DNA of 64,000 nucleotides from Pseudomonadota bacterium (lineage in GTDB: Bacteria; Pseudomonadota; Gammaproteobacteria; Eutrophobiales; Eutrophobiaceae): positions 18,895 through 82,894 of the forward strand of contig JABFGI010000003.1 of NCBI GenBank assembly GCA_013112535.1, read 5' to 3'. A program made the position numbers and the translations under genes. Positions 21,864-31,857 of the stretch are shown here, in pieces. Below the pieces are notes generated by a model. It ran no database searches, was not told where the DNA came from, and worked only from the letters and a program-made list of their open reading frames with translations. Numbering within the stretch: the stretch's first letter is position 1; each line of letters starts with the position of its first letter.

Positions 21864-22800
21864 ATTTATTTAACCCTTCGATTAATACGATCATGTCTTC
21901 AGGTAGTTCAGCTGTAAATTTTATTTTTTGATCTGTTGAAGGGTGTGGAAGCTCCAGAGAGAAAGCATGCAAAGCCTGCCGTTTGAAATTGGTAATGATT
22001 TCACGCAGTAAAGAATCGACCCCTTTCCGGATAGATTTATTATGACCATAAACTGGATCACCGATGACAGGGTGTTTAATGTGAGACATGTGTACACGGA
22101 TTTGATGAGTTCTACCCGTTTCCAGTTGAACATGCAGGTGAGTGTAATGTTGAAATTTTTTTATTACTTTATAATGCGTTGTAGCAACTTTACCAGAACT
22201 TGTCACAGCCATTTTGGTTCGATGTACAGGATGCCGACCCATTTTATTTTCAATAGAACCGCCGGCAATGATCTGACCACAAACAACAGTTTGATATTCA
22301 CGCTTAATCACTCTTTCCTGTAGTCTCTTCACCAAAAAGGTATGAGATTCAAGCGTTCTGGCAACGACCATCACTCCAGTTGTATCCTTGTCGAGACGGT
22401 GAATAATTCCAGCGCGAGGTATTTCCTCCAGGGTATTATCAAAATTCAGCAGGGCATTGACCAAAGTATGATTCGGGTTTCCTGCCCCAGGGTGGACGAC
22501 AAGGCCGACAGGCTTGTTGATAATAATGATGTCATTATCTTCATAAATTATATCAAGATTGATATTTTCGGCTTCGTATTTATCTATAGTTTGTAATTTT
22601 GTATCTATTGCAATGACGTCTCCAGAACTGACTTCGTCACGCTGTTTATAGTTAATATTATTGACACTGACATCGCCTGATTTTATCCATGATTGGATTC
22701 TTGAGCGTGAGTGTTCGGGGCACAGTGACGAAAGAGCCTGATCAAGACGTTTTCCAGCAAGCTCGTCGGGTACAGTGACTTGTAATTGAAATCTACTCAT
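21844..22800 (-). CDS. rluD: 23S rRNA pseudouridine(1911/1915/1917) synthase RluD
   Basis: S4 domain at the N-terminus plus the RluA-family catalytic motif HRLDKDTTGV. Divergent from bamD as in E. coli. Confidence 0.9.
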   Translation of the reverse strand: MSRFQLQVTVPDELAGKRLDQALSSLCPEHSRSRIQSWIKSGDVSVNNINYKQRDEVSSGDVIAIDTKLQTIDKYEAENINLDIIYEDNDIIIINKPVGLVVHPGAGNPNHTLVNALLNFDNTLEEIPRAGIIHRLDKDTTGVMVVARTLESHTFLVKRLQERVIKREYQTVVCGQIIAGGSIENKMGRHPVHRTKMAVTSSGKVATTHYKVIKKFQHYTHLHVQLETGRTHQIRVHMSHIKHPVIGDPVYGHNKSIRKGVDSLLREIITNFKRQALHAFSLELPHPSTDQKIKFTAELPEDMIVLIEGLNKYDQAEK

Positions 22801-22849
22801 CTGTTTTGAAATTTTGCCCTTAAGATAGGATTAGGCTAACCTACAGTTT

Positions 22850-23623
22850 ATGCGACATTTAATAACAATTTTACTGATTTTTATCATTACAGGCTGCTCT
22901 TATTTTGGTGATGAGAAAGAAGACGAAACCAAAGGTTGGGATGCCGATCATTTTTATGCTGAAGCGAATGCGGCTTTGGAGTCTGGAGAATATGAGCAAG
23001 CGGTTGAACTTTACCAGAAACTTGAAACCAGGTATCCGTTTGGCGTTCATGCACAACAGGCGTTATTGGATTTATCCTATGCCTATTACAAAAACGATGA
23101 ACCTGAGGCATCTATTTCGGCGTGTAATCGTTTTATAAAACTTTATCCTCAAAATCGCCATGTTGACTATGCTTATTATTTGAAAGGCCTGGCTAATTTT
23201 AATAAAGGCAAAGGGTTCACCCAGCGTTATTTGCCAACAGATGAATCACAACGTGACCCCGGAGCTGCGCTAAATGCTTTTGAATCTTTTTCTGAATTAG
23301 TTAAACGCTATCCTGATAGTGTCTATGTTCAGGATGCTGAACAACGCATGCGTTATTTACGCAATATTCTTGCAAAGAATGAAGTTCATGTCGCAAATTA
23401 TTACATGCGCCGTGGTGCATTTGTCGCTGCTGTAAACAGAGCCAGATTCGTCGTTGAAAACTACCCTCGCACACCATCAGTACCTGATGCCCTGGTGGTT
23501 TTGGCAAAAGCCTATCGCGTACTTGAAATGAATGACCTTTCGGATGATGCCTTACGCGTACTAGAATTAAATTATCCAAATCATCCTGGCGCCTATGATG
23601 CGAAGAATGTAAAGGTTAAATAG
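22850..23623 (+). CDS. bamD: outer membrane protein assembly factor BamD (TPR lipoprotein)
   Basis: Lipoprotein signal with lipobox LIFIITGCS. TPR repeats. Divergent from rluD. Confidence 0.8.
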   Translation: MRHLITILLIFIITGCSYFGDEKEDETKGWDADHFYAEANAALESGEYEQAVELYQKLETRYPFGVHAQQALLDLSYAYYKNDEPEASISACNRFIKLYPQNRHVDYAYYLKGLANFNKGKGFTQRYLPTDESQRDPGAALNAFESFSELVKRYPDSVYVQDAEQRMRYLRNILAKNEVHVANYYMRRGAFVAAVNRARFVVENYPRTPSVPDALVVLAKAYRVLEMNDLSDDALRVLELNYPNHPGAYDAKNVKVK

Positions 23624-23627
23624 TTTT

Positions 23628-25277
23628 TTATTTTTCTATATATCCGGAAGTAATGGGATAACGGCGATCTCTGCCAAAAGCTCTTTCAGTTATTCTGACA
23701 CCCGGCGCTGCCTGTCTTCTTTTGTATTCGTTTATATCCACTAATCGGATGATTTTATAAACTACATCAGCATCGTATCCATTCTTAATAATCTTTTCCG
23801 GTGGGATATCAAGTTCTATATATTGCTCGAGAACAGAGTCCAGAATATCGTAGTCAGGTAATGAATCCTGATCTATTTGATCATGACGCAGTTCTGCACT
23901 GGGTGCTCTGCTAATGACTCTTTCGGGAATAACTGGTTGTTTCGTATTACGCCATAATGCAAGTTTATAGACTAAGGTTTTCCATACGTCTTTGAGTGGC
24001 GCATAGCCGCCAGCCATATCACCATAGAGCGTGGCATAACCGACAGCCATCTCACTTTTATTTCCTGTGGTTAAAACCAGTTTGCCACTTTTGTTTGATG
24101 CAGCCATTAACAGAATGCCTCTGCAGCGAGCCTGTATGTTTTCTTCTGTAATGTCGCCAGGTAAGTCTTTGAAACGAGGTTTGAGAACGTCCAGAAAAGA
24201 TTCAAATGGTTGTTCTATTGAAATGATTTCATAATTTACGCCTAGCCATTTTGCCTGCAGACAAGCATCTTCATTACTCATGTTTGCTGTATAACGTGAG
24301 GGCATGATTAATACTTCAACATTTTCAGCGCCTAAGGCATCAACAGCAACACTCAATGTTAATGCAGAATCAATTCCTCCAGATAAACCAATTAACGCAC
24401 CACTAAATTTGTTCTTTCTTACATAGTCTCTAACACCCAGAACCAGAGCGTTATAAATATTTTCTTCTTCGGCTAAATCAGAATTGGATGAGGTTGTCTT
24501 TGTTTTTACTTTCGATTGTTGAATATCCAGATGAACATTAAATAAACCTTCTTCAAATTGAGGTGTATGAAAAACAATCTCTCCCTGGTTATTAACAACA
24601 AGTGAATTGCCATCAAAGACAAGTTCGTCCTGTCCGCCAACCAGATTGGTATAAACGACATACATGTTAGAATTTCGTGCGCGGTCAGAAATCATCTTTT
24701 CCCGTTCAATCAATTTATTTTTATGATAAGGAGAAGCATTAATATTAAACATTATTTTTGCGCCAGCAGATGCTGCATTCTGAATCGGTTCCGCAACCCA
24801 TATATCTTCGCAAATACTCAAAGCAGCAATGGTTCCTTTTATTTCAAATAAACATGTCTCGCTTCCAGCAGTGAAATATCGTTTTTCATCAAATACACCG
24901 TAGTTAGGAAGATGTTGCTTGTAATATGTTTTAACAATCTTTCCTTCATTAATCAGGCTACATGCATTATAGAGTTTGTCATCCAGTTTTACTGGATAAC
25001 CAATAATGACATGTATGTTCCTGGTCGCTGCTATGACTTGATCCAAAGCAGATAAAATATATTCATTAAAAGCAGGGCGTAGTAATAAGTCTTCAGGAGG
25101 ATAAGAACTGATACTTAACTCAGGAAAGATAATGACATCAGCATTACCTTTTGACTCAATATCACTAATAGATTGAATGATCTTTTTTGTATTACCTTTT
25201 ATATCTCCAACCGTGAGATTTAACTGGGCAAGATAAATATTTAATGAAGTGTCTGACATAATCTTAAAGAACGACAA
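23628..25277 (-). CDS. nadE: glutamine-dependent NAD+ synthetase (N-terminal nitrilase domain + NAD synthetase domain)
   Basis: 549 aa. N-terminal CN-hydrolase region. C-terminal ALIGLSGGIDSALT PP-loop. Confidence 0.9.
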   Translation of the reverse strand: MSFFKIMSDTSLNIYLAQLNLTVGDIKGNTKKIIQSISDIESKGNADVIIFPELSISSYPPEDLLLRPAFNEYILSALDQVIAATRNIHVIIGYPVKLDDKLYNACSLINEGKIVKTYYKQHLPNYGVFDEKRYFTAGSETCLFEIKGTIAALSICEDIWVAEPIQNAASAGAKIMFNINASPYHKNKLIEREKMISDRARNSNMYVVYTNLVGGQDELVFDGNSLVVNNQGEIVFHTPQFEEGLFNVHLDIQQSKVKTKTTSSNSDLAEEENIYNALVLGVRDYVRKNKFSGALIGLSGGIDSALTLSVAVDALGAENVEVLIMPSRYTANMSNEDACLQAKWLGVNYEIISIEQPFESFLDVLKPRFKDLPGDITEENIQARCRGILLMAASNKSGKLVLTTGNKSEMAVGYATLYGDMAGGYAPLKDVWKTLVYKLALWRNTKQPVIPERVISRAPSAELRHDQIDQDSLPDYDILDSVLEQYIELDIPPEKIIKNGYDADVVYKIIRLVDINEYKRRQAAPGVRITERAFGRDRRYPITSGYIEK

Positions 25278-25326
25278 AAAGTCTGAGCGAATATACCCAT
25301 AAGTCGGGAGTTTACCAAGTAGAGAC

Positions 25327-25369
25327 TAATATTGAACCTGATAATGAAATATTATCAGGTTCAATATTA
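25327..25369. other. perfect 19-bp inverted repeat with 5-nt loop (hairpin) between sucD and nadE
   Basis: TAATATTGAACCTGATAAT-gaaat-ATTATCAGGTTCAATATTA. No adjacent U-tract on either strand. Confidence 0.4.
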
Positions 25370-25387
25370 AGGTTCAGGCGTGAAGGC

Positions 25388-26260
25388 TTAAGATAATCGT
25401 TCAGCAATCGCGCTGCCTAATTCTCCTGGCGAGCGTACGGTTTTAACGTTTGCAGCTTCAAGCGCAGCAAATTTATCATCAGCGGTTCCTTTGCCACCAG
25501 AGATAATCGCGCCTGCGTGACCCATGCGTTTTCCTGGAGGTGCAGTAACACCGGCAATATAACCAACAACAGGTTTAGTGACATTTTCCTTAATGAATTG
25601 TGCGGCTTCTTCTTCAGCTGTACCGCCAATTTCACCAACCATAATGATTCCTTTTGTGTCAGGGTCTGCTTCAAATAGTCCAAGGCAATCTATGAAGTTT
25701 ATACCATGAATTGGATCGCCGCCGATACCAACACAAGTACTTTGTCCTAACCCGTTTTGTGTTGTTTGGTGTACTGCTTCATAAGTTAATGTTCCTGAGC
25801 GAGAAACAATACCAATCCCGCCAGCTTTATGAATACTACCGGGCATAATTCCTATTTTACATTGCTCTGGCGTAATCAGGCCTGGACAGTTTGGACCGAT
25901 CAAACGTATATCAGGAAACTGTTCAAGATAGGCTCTGACTTTGACCATATCCAGAACAGGTATACCTTCCGTAATACAAACAATAATATTGATTCCAGCA
26001 TCGGCTGCTTCAGTGATTGCTTCTGCAGCATAGGCTGCAGGAACCATGATCATGCTGGCATTGGCACCAGCGTTTTCAACAGCATCCCTGACAGTATCAA
26101 ACACAGGTCTATCGAGATGTTTTTCTCCGCCTCTGCCAGGTGTGACGCCACCGACAATTTGTGTTCCGTATTCAATCGCCTGTTCTGCATGAAACGTACC
26201 CTGGCGGCCGGTATAACCCTGAACGATAACTTTTGTTTCTTTATTTATTAATATAGCCAT
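25388..26260 (-). CDS. sucD: succinate--CoA ligase subunit alpha
   Basis: 290 aa. CoA-binding Rossmann region and phosphohistidine loop ([21 protein letters not shown]). Confidence 0.95.
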   Translation of the reverse strand: MAILINKETKVIVQGYTGRQGTFHAEQAIEYGTQIVGGVTPGRGGEKHLDRPVFDTVRDAVENAGANASMIMVPAAYAAEAITEAADAGINIIVCITEGIPVLDMVKVRAYLEQFPDIRLIGPNCPGLITPEQCKIGIMPGSIHKAGGIGIVSRSGTLTYEAVHQTTQNGLGQSTCVGIGGDPIHGINFIDCLGLFEADPDTKGIIMVGEIGGTAEEEAAQFIKENVTKPVVGYIAGVTAPPGKRMGHAGAIISGGKGTADDKFAALEAANVKTVRSPGELGSAIAERLS

Positions 26261-27429
26261 TACTGTTTGCCTCCTGCAGCAGCAACTGCTTTTTCAGCAG
26301 CATCTGTTAAATCATCGGCAGTTACTATTGTTAATCCGCTTTCTGCTAATGCCGCTTTACCCTCAGTTACTTTTGTTCCTTCCAGTCTGACAACAACGGG
26401 AACTTCTACGCCAACTTCTTTTACAGCTTTAATAATACCTTCAGCTATAAGGTCACAACGAACAATACCGCCGAAAATATTAACCAGAATAGCTTTAACA
26501 TTTTTATCAGAGGTAATCAGTTTGAAAGCTTCAGCCACTCTTTCTGCGGTGGCGCCTCCACCTACATCAAGAAAGTTAGCTGGCTCACCTCCATGTAATT
26601 TAATGATGTCCATGGTTGCCATTGCCAGTCCTGCGCCGTTAACCATGCAGGCAATATTTCCATCAAGGGTAACGTAATTAAGATCAAAGCGTTTTGCGAT
26701 ACTTTCCTTTTCATCTTCCTGACTTGGATCACGCCATTCTTCAAGATGAGGTTGTCTGAAAAGGGCATTATCATCAATGCCTATTTTGGCATCTAATGCC
26801 TGCAAGTCTCCTTCGTCACTAATTGTCAGGGGATTAATTTCAACAAGACTTAGATCCTTGTCGATGAATAATTTATACAGGTTTTTTAAAATAGAGGAGA
26901 GTTGTTTACGTTGTTTGTCATCAAGCTCAAGCGCGAAACCAATTCTTCGACTTTGGTGATCTTGTAAACCAAGTACAGGATCAACGGAAACACTGATAAT
27001 TTTTTCAGGTTGAGTCGCCGCAACTTCCTCAATATCCATTCCGCCTTCTGTTGAAGCCATGATAGCAACGCGCCGACTGGCACGGTCAACGACTATACCG
27101 AGATATAATTCAGAGGCGATGCTTGATATTGTTGATATCAATACGCAGTTAACGGGCTGGCCTGTTGGAGCAGATTGTTTTGTAATAAGTTGGGAACCGA
27201 GTAAGGAACGTACGGTAGATTCGAGTTCTTCTATACTGTTTACCAGTTTAACACCGCCAGCTTTCCCTCTTCCGCCAGCATGGACTTGTGCTTTGACAAC
27301 CCAGCCGTCTCCGCCTAAATCGGCAGCGTTGCGTACTGCTTCTTTAATAGAATGAGCGGGTTTTCCAGGTGGAACTGGAATACCATAGTCTTCAAATAGC
27401 TTTTTAGCCTGATATTCATGTAAGTTCAT
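26260..27429 (-). CDS. sucC: succinate--CoA ligase subunit beta
   Basis: 389 aa. N-terminus [20 protein letters not shown] is near-identical to the E. coli SucC start. Stop overlaps the sucD start. Confidence 0.95.
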   Translation of the reverse strand: MNLHEYQAKKLFEDYGIPVPPGKPAHSIKEAVRNAADLGGDGWVVKAQVHAGGRGKAGGVKLVNSIEELESTVRSLLGSQLITKQSAPTGQPVNCVLISTISSIASELYLGIVVDRASRRVAIMASTEGGMDIEEVAATQPEKIISVSVDPVLGLQDHQSRRIGFALELDDKQRKQLSSILKNLYKLFIDKDLSLVEINPLTISDEGDLQALDAKIGIDDNALFRQPHLEEWRDPSQEDEKESIAKRFDLNYVTLDGNIACMVNGAGLAMATMDIIKLHGGEPANFLDVGGGATAERVAEAFKLITSDKNVKAILVNIFGGIVRCDLIAEGIIKAVKEVGVEVPVVVRLEGTKVTEGKAALAESGLTIVTADDLTDAAEKAVAAAGGKQ

Positions 27430-27626
27430 GTTATATCCTTATGGAGAAAAGTTGAATGTGTTAAGAAGTTTGTTTCTTTAAAAGTAGCAGATAAAGTATA
27501 GTCAATACATTTGATTTTTTAAATATTTAAACAGCGTTTAATTTATTTTAGTCGTATATATATATTTTGTTGTTGCTAAATGCATCAATATCTGGTGTTT
27601 TTAACGTACGTTGAGTTTTTTAGAAA

Positions 27627-29240
27627 ATGAATAAATCAAATATGATGATTTCAAGGAAAACCAAAGCAGTTGACTGGCGTGCGTTAGAGTATTTTAATTA
27701 CTATCGATTATTGCTCTCGGGCCTTTTTATCATCCTTGTGCATATCGGTCAGTTGCCGCAACCACTTGGAAGTCTGGATTCAGATTTTTTCTCGATAGTT
27801 AGTCACCTTTATTTCCTCGTGGCTCTGGTTTTCGGCTGGTTCATCCATCAGCAACTTCCGCAATTTAATATTCAAATAGTTCTGCATGTTCTTATTGATA
27901 TTACTATGCTAAGTTTTTTGATGTATGCAAGTGATGGTTTGAGTAGTGGTTTTGGTTTACTACTTATAATAGTAGTTGCAGGCGGTAGTATTCTGCGTGA
28001 AGGAAAAGTGGCCATACTTTTCGCTGCAATTGCCGCTCTTTTTGTATTGGGTCATGAATTGTATCTCCAGTTTTTTCGATACTACGTTACTGTAAATTAC
28101 ACTCATGCAGGAATGCTTGGTGCGACTTTTTTTATTACTGCATTTATAGGAAATCTATTAGCTGCTCGAGTAAGGGAAACAGAAGCACTGGCTGAGCAAC
28201 AAGCGATAGAAATAAATGAATTGGCGAAATTGAATGAACATATAGTTCAACGCATGCAATCAGGCATTATTGTTCTTGATAGCGACATGAATGTTTTGCT
28301 TATGAACGAATCTTCAAAACAGTTAATAGGGCTCCAGAAAGGCGATACAAACAAAGTCTTTTATTTTATAGATAATTACCTGAAGTCTTGTATAAATGAC
28401 TGGCTAAACAATAATGGAAAACAGAATGTGATAATTCAATTACAGGAAGATGAAACTGAATTACAGGTGTCGTTTATCAAGTTAACGCTTGTTTCGAGTT
28501 TTCATATTCTTATTTTTCTTGAAAACATAGCAAGAATCAGACAGCGAGCCCAACATTTGAAGCTGGCATCACTAGGCAGACTGACTGCAAGTATTGCACA
28601 TGAAGTAAGAAATCCATTAGGTGCGATCAATCACGCGGGCCAGCTATTGAAAGAGTCCGATACGATTAGCCAGGAAGACAAACGATTGACCGAAATTATT
28701 AATGATCATTCTTTACGTGTTAATAATATTATTGAGAATGTATTAAGTGTTAGTCGTAGAGAAAGAGCGACGGCTGAAATTTTTGAAATAATTCCATGGT
28801 TAAAAAAAATAATTAGTGAATTTGAATCAAGATATAATTTAAACAGCGGCGATATTGATTTAGAAATAAAGAAAAAAAATATTTCTGTTAGAATCGATCC
28901 ATCGCAATTACATCAGGTTATATGGAATCTTTGTGAAAATGCGATGCGTTATAGTCAGGGTAAACCTATAATTACCTTGTCTTGCAATATAAGTGATGAA
29001 ACACAACGGCCCTATATTGATATAATTGATTATGGTTCAGGAATTTCAGAGGAAATTAGAGAACACCTGTTTGAACCTTTTTTTACGACAGAGACGAAAG
29101 GTTCCGGTTTAGGGTTATATTTGGCTCGTGAACTCTGTGAAGCTAACCAGGCAAGTTTGAGTTTACATTCAACATCAAATAAAGGTACAACATTCAGATT
29201 AAGTTTTATGCATATTAATAAACAGTATGAGCTGATATAG
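27627..29240 (+). CDS. pilS: type IV pilus sensor histidine kinase PilS
   Basis: 537 aa. Six N-terminal TM helices, H-box (SIAHEVRNPL) and HATPase_c domain. Immediately upstream of pilR and next to the pilin genes. Confidence 0.85.
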   Translation: MNKSNMMISRKTKAVDWRALEYFNYYRLLLSGLFIILVHIGQLPQPLGSLDSDFFSIVSHLYFLVALVFGWFIHQQLPQFNIQIVLHVLIDITMLSFLMYASDGLSSGFGLLLIIVVAGGSILREGKVAILFAAIAALFVLGHELYLQFFRYYVTVNYTHAGMLGATFFITAFIGNLLAARVRETEALAEQQAIEINELAKLNEHIVQRMQSGIIVLDSDMNVLLMNESSKQLIGLQKGDTNKVFYFIDNYLKSCINDWLNNNGKQNVIIQLQEDETELQVSFIKLTLVSSFHILIFLENIARIRQRAQHLKLASLGRLTASIAHEVRNPLGAINHAGQLLKESDTISQEDKRLTEIINDHSLRVNNIIENVLSVSRRERATAEIFEIIPWLKKIISEFESRYNLNSGDIDLEIKKKNISVRIDPSQLHQVIWNLCENAMRYSQGKPIITLSCNISDETQRPYIDIIDYGSGISEEIREHLFEPFFTTETKGSGLGLYLARELCEANQASLSLHSTSNKGTTFRLSFMHINKQYELI

Positions 29241-29242
29241 AA

Positions 29243-30571
29243 ATGTCTCAACTTGCGCTAATTATCGATGATGAACCAGATATTCGGGAGTTGTTGCAGA
29301 TAACGCTTCAGCGAATGAAGATTGATTGCCATTGTGCTGAAAATCTTGCTATGGCCAGAACATTATTGAATCAATATAAATTTGATTTGTGTTTGACTGA
29401 TATGAAGTTACCTGATGGTGATGGTGTTGAGTTTGTTAATGAAGTACAAACGGATTATCCGCATATCCCTATAGCAGTAATAACGGCACATGGAAGTATG
29501 GACAGTGCTATTCAGGCACTCAAATACGGCGCTTTTGATTTTTTAACGAAACCGATTGATTTAAATTCATTAAGAACAATAGTTCAAAATGCGATTAGTT
29601 CAGATCCTGATTCAAATGCGTCAATAGCAACGATTATTGGTGAGAGTGATTCATTTAAAGAATTACGTAAAACTATTAAGAAAGTTGCGCGTAGTCAGGC
29701 ACCAATATATATCAGCGGTGAATCAGGTACGGGCAAGGAACTGGTCGCTAAAATGATCCACGATAGTGGGCCTCGAGCGGACAAACCATTTGTTCCGGTT
29801 AATTGCGGCGCCATTCCGCATGAGTTAATGGAAAGTGAATTTTTCGGTCATAAAAAAGGAAGTTTCACAGGTGCAGATTCAGATAAAGAAGGTTTATTTC
29901 TTGCGGCGGATGGAGGCACTTTATTTCTTGATGAAGTAGCTGATTTGCCATTACATCTTCAGGTTAAGTTATTACGTGCCATACAGGAAAAACGCATTCG
30001 GCCTGTAGGTGCGCAGGAAGAAATAGAAATTGACATACGGATATTATGCGCAACACATAAAGATCTTTCTGTCATGGTGAATCAGGAAAGCTTTCGTCAG
30101 GATCTGTATTATCGAATTAATGTTATTCAGATTCATGTGCCGGCTTTAAGAGAACATCTGGAAGATATTGCGTTATTGGTCGAACACATTCTTCAACAAG
30201 TATCGGACAAGTCGGGTGAAGAGAGAAAACATTTGTCTGAGGAAGCTTTAAATAAACTTCAGTCTTATAGTTTCCCTGGGAACGTTCGTGAACTTGAAAA
30301 TATTCTGGAGCGGGCTCTGACGCTTGCAGAAAGCGAATTAATCATGCCAGAAGATTTATTGCTGAATAACAAAGAAGCAGAACATAAAAACGAATTTAAA
30401 GAAAATAACAGCTCTGCCTCTTTAACTCATCAGCTTGATGAAATCGAACGAAACGCGATTTTAGACGTACTTGAGCAGACTAAATGGAATCGAACTGCCG
30501 CTGCAAAAATATTGGGCTTAAGTTTGCGTGTTTTGCGATATAGGTTAGAAAAATATGGCCTTGATAAATAA
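29243..30571 (+). CDS. pilR: sigma-54-dependent response regulator PilR (NtrC family)
   Basis: 442 aa. REC domain (D at DMKLPDGDG), AAA+ sigma-54 activator core with GAFTGA-type loop (GSFTGA) and a C-terminal Fis-type HTH. Confidence 0.9.
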   Translation: MSQLALIIDDEPDIRELLQITLQRMKIDCHCAENLAMARTLLNQYKFDLCLTDMKLPDGDGVEFVNEVQTDYPHIPIAVITAHGSMDSAIQALKYGAFDFLTKPIDLNSLRTIVQNAISSDPDSNASIATIIGESDSFKELRKTIKKVARSQAPIYISGESGTGKELVAKMIHDSGPRADKPFVPVNCGAIPHELMESEFFGHKKGSFTGADSDKEGLFLAADGGTLFLDEVADLPLHLQVKLLRAIQEKRIRPVGAQEEIEIDIRILCATHKDLSVMVNQESFRQDLYYRINVIQIHVPALREHLEDIALLVEHILQQVSDKSGEERKHLSEEALNKLQSYSFPGNVRELENILERALTLAESELIMPEDLLLNNKEAEHKNEFKENNSSASLTHQLDEIERNAILDVLEQTKWNRTAAAKILGLSLRVLRYRLEKYGLDK

Positions 30572-30595
30572 CTAATATCGTTTATTACCGTTTAG

Positions 30596-30997
30596 TTACA
30601 AACCTGCACCAGCTTGACACTGAGCAGCAGTTGCACCGCCAGCAGTTCCAGACGTTGCAGTATATGTTACAGTTGCGGAAGTGACTGTAGCGACAACAGT
30701 ACAAGATCCTTCAGCATAGGTTACGGTTGCCGCCGCCGCGCTTTCAGAAACACTGGCTAAAGTGAGAGCGGCATCAGTAACAGCATTTAATTCCGTACAG
30801 CCTACACCGGTATCTACACAGACTTGAGATTGCGATACATAAGGGTTAATCCCTTTCATTGCTGCGCCACCGTGTGATTCAGCGACATATGCACGATATG
30901 ATGGAATCGCCACTGCAGCAAGAATACCGATAATTGCAACAACGATCATAAGTTCGATCAAGGTAAAACCTTGTTGATATGTGTTTTTATACTTCAT
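30596..30997 (-). CDS. pilA: type IVa major pilin paralog 1 (PilA-like)
   Basis: Start set at [10 protein letters not shown]|[22 protein letters not shown], preceded by an AAGGAG SD 7 nt upstream. Class III signal (G|F, E+5). C-terminal Cys pair forming a disulfide loop. The ORF-track N-terminal extension was rejected. Confidence 0.85.
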   Translation of the reverse strand: MKYKNTYQQGFTLIELMIVVAIIGILAAVAIPSYRAYVAESHGGAAMKGINPYVSQSQVCVDTGVGCTELNAVTDAALTLASVSESAAAATVTYAEGSCTVVATVTSATVTYTATSGTAGGATAAQCQAGAGL

Positions 30998-31200
30998 TGA
31001 TCCGCTCCTTCTACTCTTCACAACTGTTTTTTTATTGTTCAGTGTAAACAGATTCAACGCTGTTGGTATTTCTAGCGTTTAACCCCCTATGGTTGTGAGT
31101 AGATGAGTATTTGATGTCCCTTTGTCAAAGCAAACGTCCTGATGTAATTGGCATTTAAAACATCTAAACACATACTTAATAATAATTTTTATTCTTATTT

Positions 31201-31231
31201 AAAAAGACCCGCATTTGCGGGTCTTTTTAGT
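31201..31231 (-). terminator. rho-independent terminator between the two pilin genes
   Basis: AAAAAGACCCGCAAATGCGGGTCTTTTT is a perfect GC-rich stem flanked by A/T runs. It lies just downstream of pilin paralog 2 on the minus strand. Confidence 0.75.
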
Positions 31232-31251
31232 AACACTTTTCTAAAGTCTAA

Positions 31252-31665
31252 TTATAGACCTGCGCCAGCCTGACACTGAGCAGCGGTCGCACCACCACCA
31301 CCACCGGTGGTTGCAGTAAAGGTTACAGCTGCTGCAGTAACTGTTGCGACAACCTGACAAGAACCTTCGTTATAGGTTACGGTTGCAGCAGCAGCGTTTT
31401 CAGAAACGCTAGCTAGGGTAACGTTAGCATCAGTGGTCGCATTTAATTCAGTACAACCAACACCGGTTTCTACACAAACTTGAGCTTGAGATACGAAAGG
31501 TCCAGCACCTTTCATTGCAGCACCACCATGTGATTCAGCAACATAGGCACGGTATGATGGAATTGCGACTGCCGCAAGAATACCGATAATCGCAACAACG
31601 ATCATTAATTCGATCAGGGTAAAACCCTGTTCGCTTTTGCTATTCATTTTTTTCATTTGTTTCAT
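31252..31665 (-). CDS. pilA: type IVa major pilin paralog 2 (PilA-like)
   Basis: MKQMKKMNSKSEQG|[34 protein letters not shown] 7 nt before the first ATG; an internal ATG start is also possible. About 85% identical to paralog 1 over the mature protein. Confidence 0.85.
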   Translation of the reverse strand: MKQMKKMNSKSEQGFTLIELMIVVAIIGILAAVAIPSYRAYVAESHGGAAMKGAGPFVSQAQVCVETGVGCTELNATTDANVTLASVSENAAAATVTYNEGSCQVVATVTAAAVTFTATTGGGGGATAAQCQAGAGL

Positions 31666-31736
31666 TATTAGTTCTCCGTTATTTAAACTGATTACAAAAA
31701 CTATAGTTTTTACCCCAGTTTGAGGTGATTACTGTT

Positions 31737-31754
31737 AAGCAGGCCTCATGCCAG
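31737..31754 (-). promoter_or_regulatory. sigma-54 (RpoN) -24/-12 promoter for pilin paralog 2
   Basis: Minus strand reads cTGGCATgaggccTGCTT, i.e. GG-N10-GC with spacing and flanks close to TGGCAC-N5-TTGCW. About 70-85 bp upstream of the pilin ATG. pilS-pilR are adjacent. Confidence 0.55.
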
Positions 31755-31857
31755 TTCGGTAGAAATATCGATATATTAAAAATTATTAATTTATTCAATT
31801 AGTTATAGTTTTTTTGAAAAATAGTTTGATTAGTTTTTAATCTATATACGAAGACTA

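Noticed and set aside
27540-27575. (TA)6 simple repeat and AT-rich tract upstream of pilS
   Set aside because: This is low-complexity sequence expected in AT-rich promoter regions. There is no evidence of function beyond possible DNA-curvature or UP-element roles.
30998-31057. 20-codon N-terminal extension of pilin 1 ([20 protein letters not shown]...)
   Set aside because: A strong AAGGAG SD sits 7 nt before the internal ATG, which yields a normal prepilin leader [10 protein letters not shown]|F. The extension would give an implausible 30-aa leader.
30998-31200. Search for a sigma-54 promoter upstream of pilin paralog 1
   Set aside because: Only a GG-N8-GC (AGGGGGTTAAACGCT, minus strand about 31072-31087) was found. 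The spacing is wrong for RpoN, so no promoter is called there.
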